In this document: positions 8,386 through 8,786 of the stretch, one piece after another | Numbering within the stretch: the stretch's first letter is position 1 | Layout of the letters: every line of letters begins with the position of its first letter | Assembly (NCBI RefSeq): GCF_006345805.1 | Contig: NW_021828295.1 | Coordinates: 1 to 8,786, forward strand | From: Octopus sinensis | Lineage: Eukaryota | Direction of reading: 5' to 3' | Length of the DNA stretch: 8,786 nucleotides | Program-made: the position numbers and the translations under genes | Notes under the pieces: generated by a model | The model's input: the letters and a program-made list of their open reading frames with translations, nothing else | What the model was told of the DNA's origin: nothing | Databases searched by the model: none

Positions 8386-8786
8386 CGGAACCATGTGGTT
8401 GGTAAGTATATTAGTTTTGCATAACGAAGTATCACGTACCTACAAATCATTTATGTTTATATACCAGCTCCAGGAATGCGTCTAACATGTAAATTGGTAT
8501 ATCCAATAACTAAACCCCGCTGTATGCTGTGGTTATAATATATAATATATATATTAAAGGAGAAAGTCGAAACATAACTTTTCTTCGCCGTACTAAATGA
8601 AAGTCTAAACATTACGAAGCTACGAAGAAAAACTCCATAGATACTTGCGATTGAAAGCCGGCTACTGAAAAGATATTAAAAAAAGACTCCATATTAATTA
8701 CGAATTAGCTAATATCAGCATTAAAATCTTAAATAGATTTTTTCTCATCGTCAGCGCAATACATGTAAAATATACGATAAGTATTG

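Larger units (their letters stand above)
8017..8406 (-). mobile_element. tRNA-derived CORE-like SINE (octopus-type), 5'-truncated
   Basis: Minus strand, in order: partial tRNA-like head with B box GGTTCAGTCAC; CORE-like CCTTGGACAAGTGTCTT; internal (TA)n/(TG)n microsatellite; body; 3' end GGCGGTGCTCCAGCATGGCCACAGTCAAATGACTGAAAC; tail of (AGTAAWAG)-like repeats. It resembles, from memory, a very abundant octopus SINE. Family name not assigned. Confidence 0.88.

Noticed and set aside
8554-8565. TTAAAGGAGAAA, resembling a Kolobok/T2-MITE terminus
   Set aside because: No matching inverted terminus within the window, and too short to be significant.

Overview
This is eukaryotic, AT-rich, repeat-dominated DNA. 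It is probably octopus/cephalopod, inferred from the microsatellite density and a SINE I recognise from memory of octopus sequence. No intact protein-coding gene is supported, and nearly all ORFs in 1-4340 are translations of microsatellites. Bases ~190-3760 are mostly (TA)n/(TACA)n/(AGAT)n/(TG)n arrays, with a ~170-bp near-perfect inverted repeat at 1602-1771. A compound trinucleotide array lies at 3919-4205. The right half holds decayed coding relics: an RTE-type LINE endonuclease (5182-5533) followed by a probable RT remnant (5549-5941), a weak minus-strand endonuclease relic (~4480-4910) and a possible NACHT NTPase pseudogene (~6723-7297). It ends with the 3' end of a CR1-group LINE (7528-7864) tail-to-tail with a 5'-truncated tRNA-derived SINE (8017-8406, minus). 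The best-supported notable observation is that this LINE and SINE share a 3' tail whose hairpin shows compensatory changes, suggesting a LINE/SINE partner pair. I do not see evidence for a new multi-gene system. All protein-family calls are by-eye motif recognition and need HMM confirmation.
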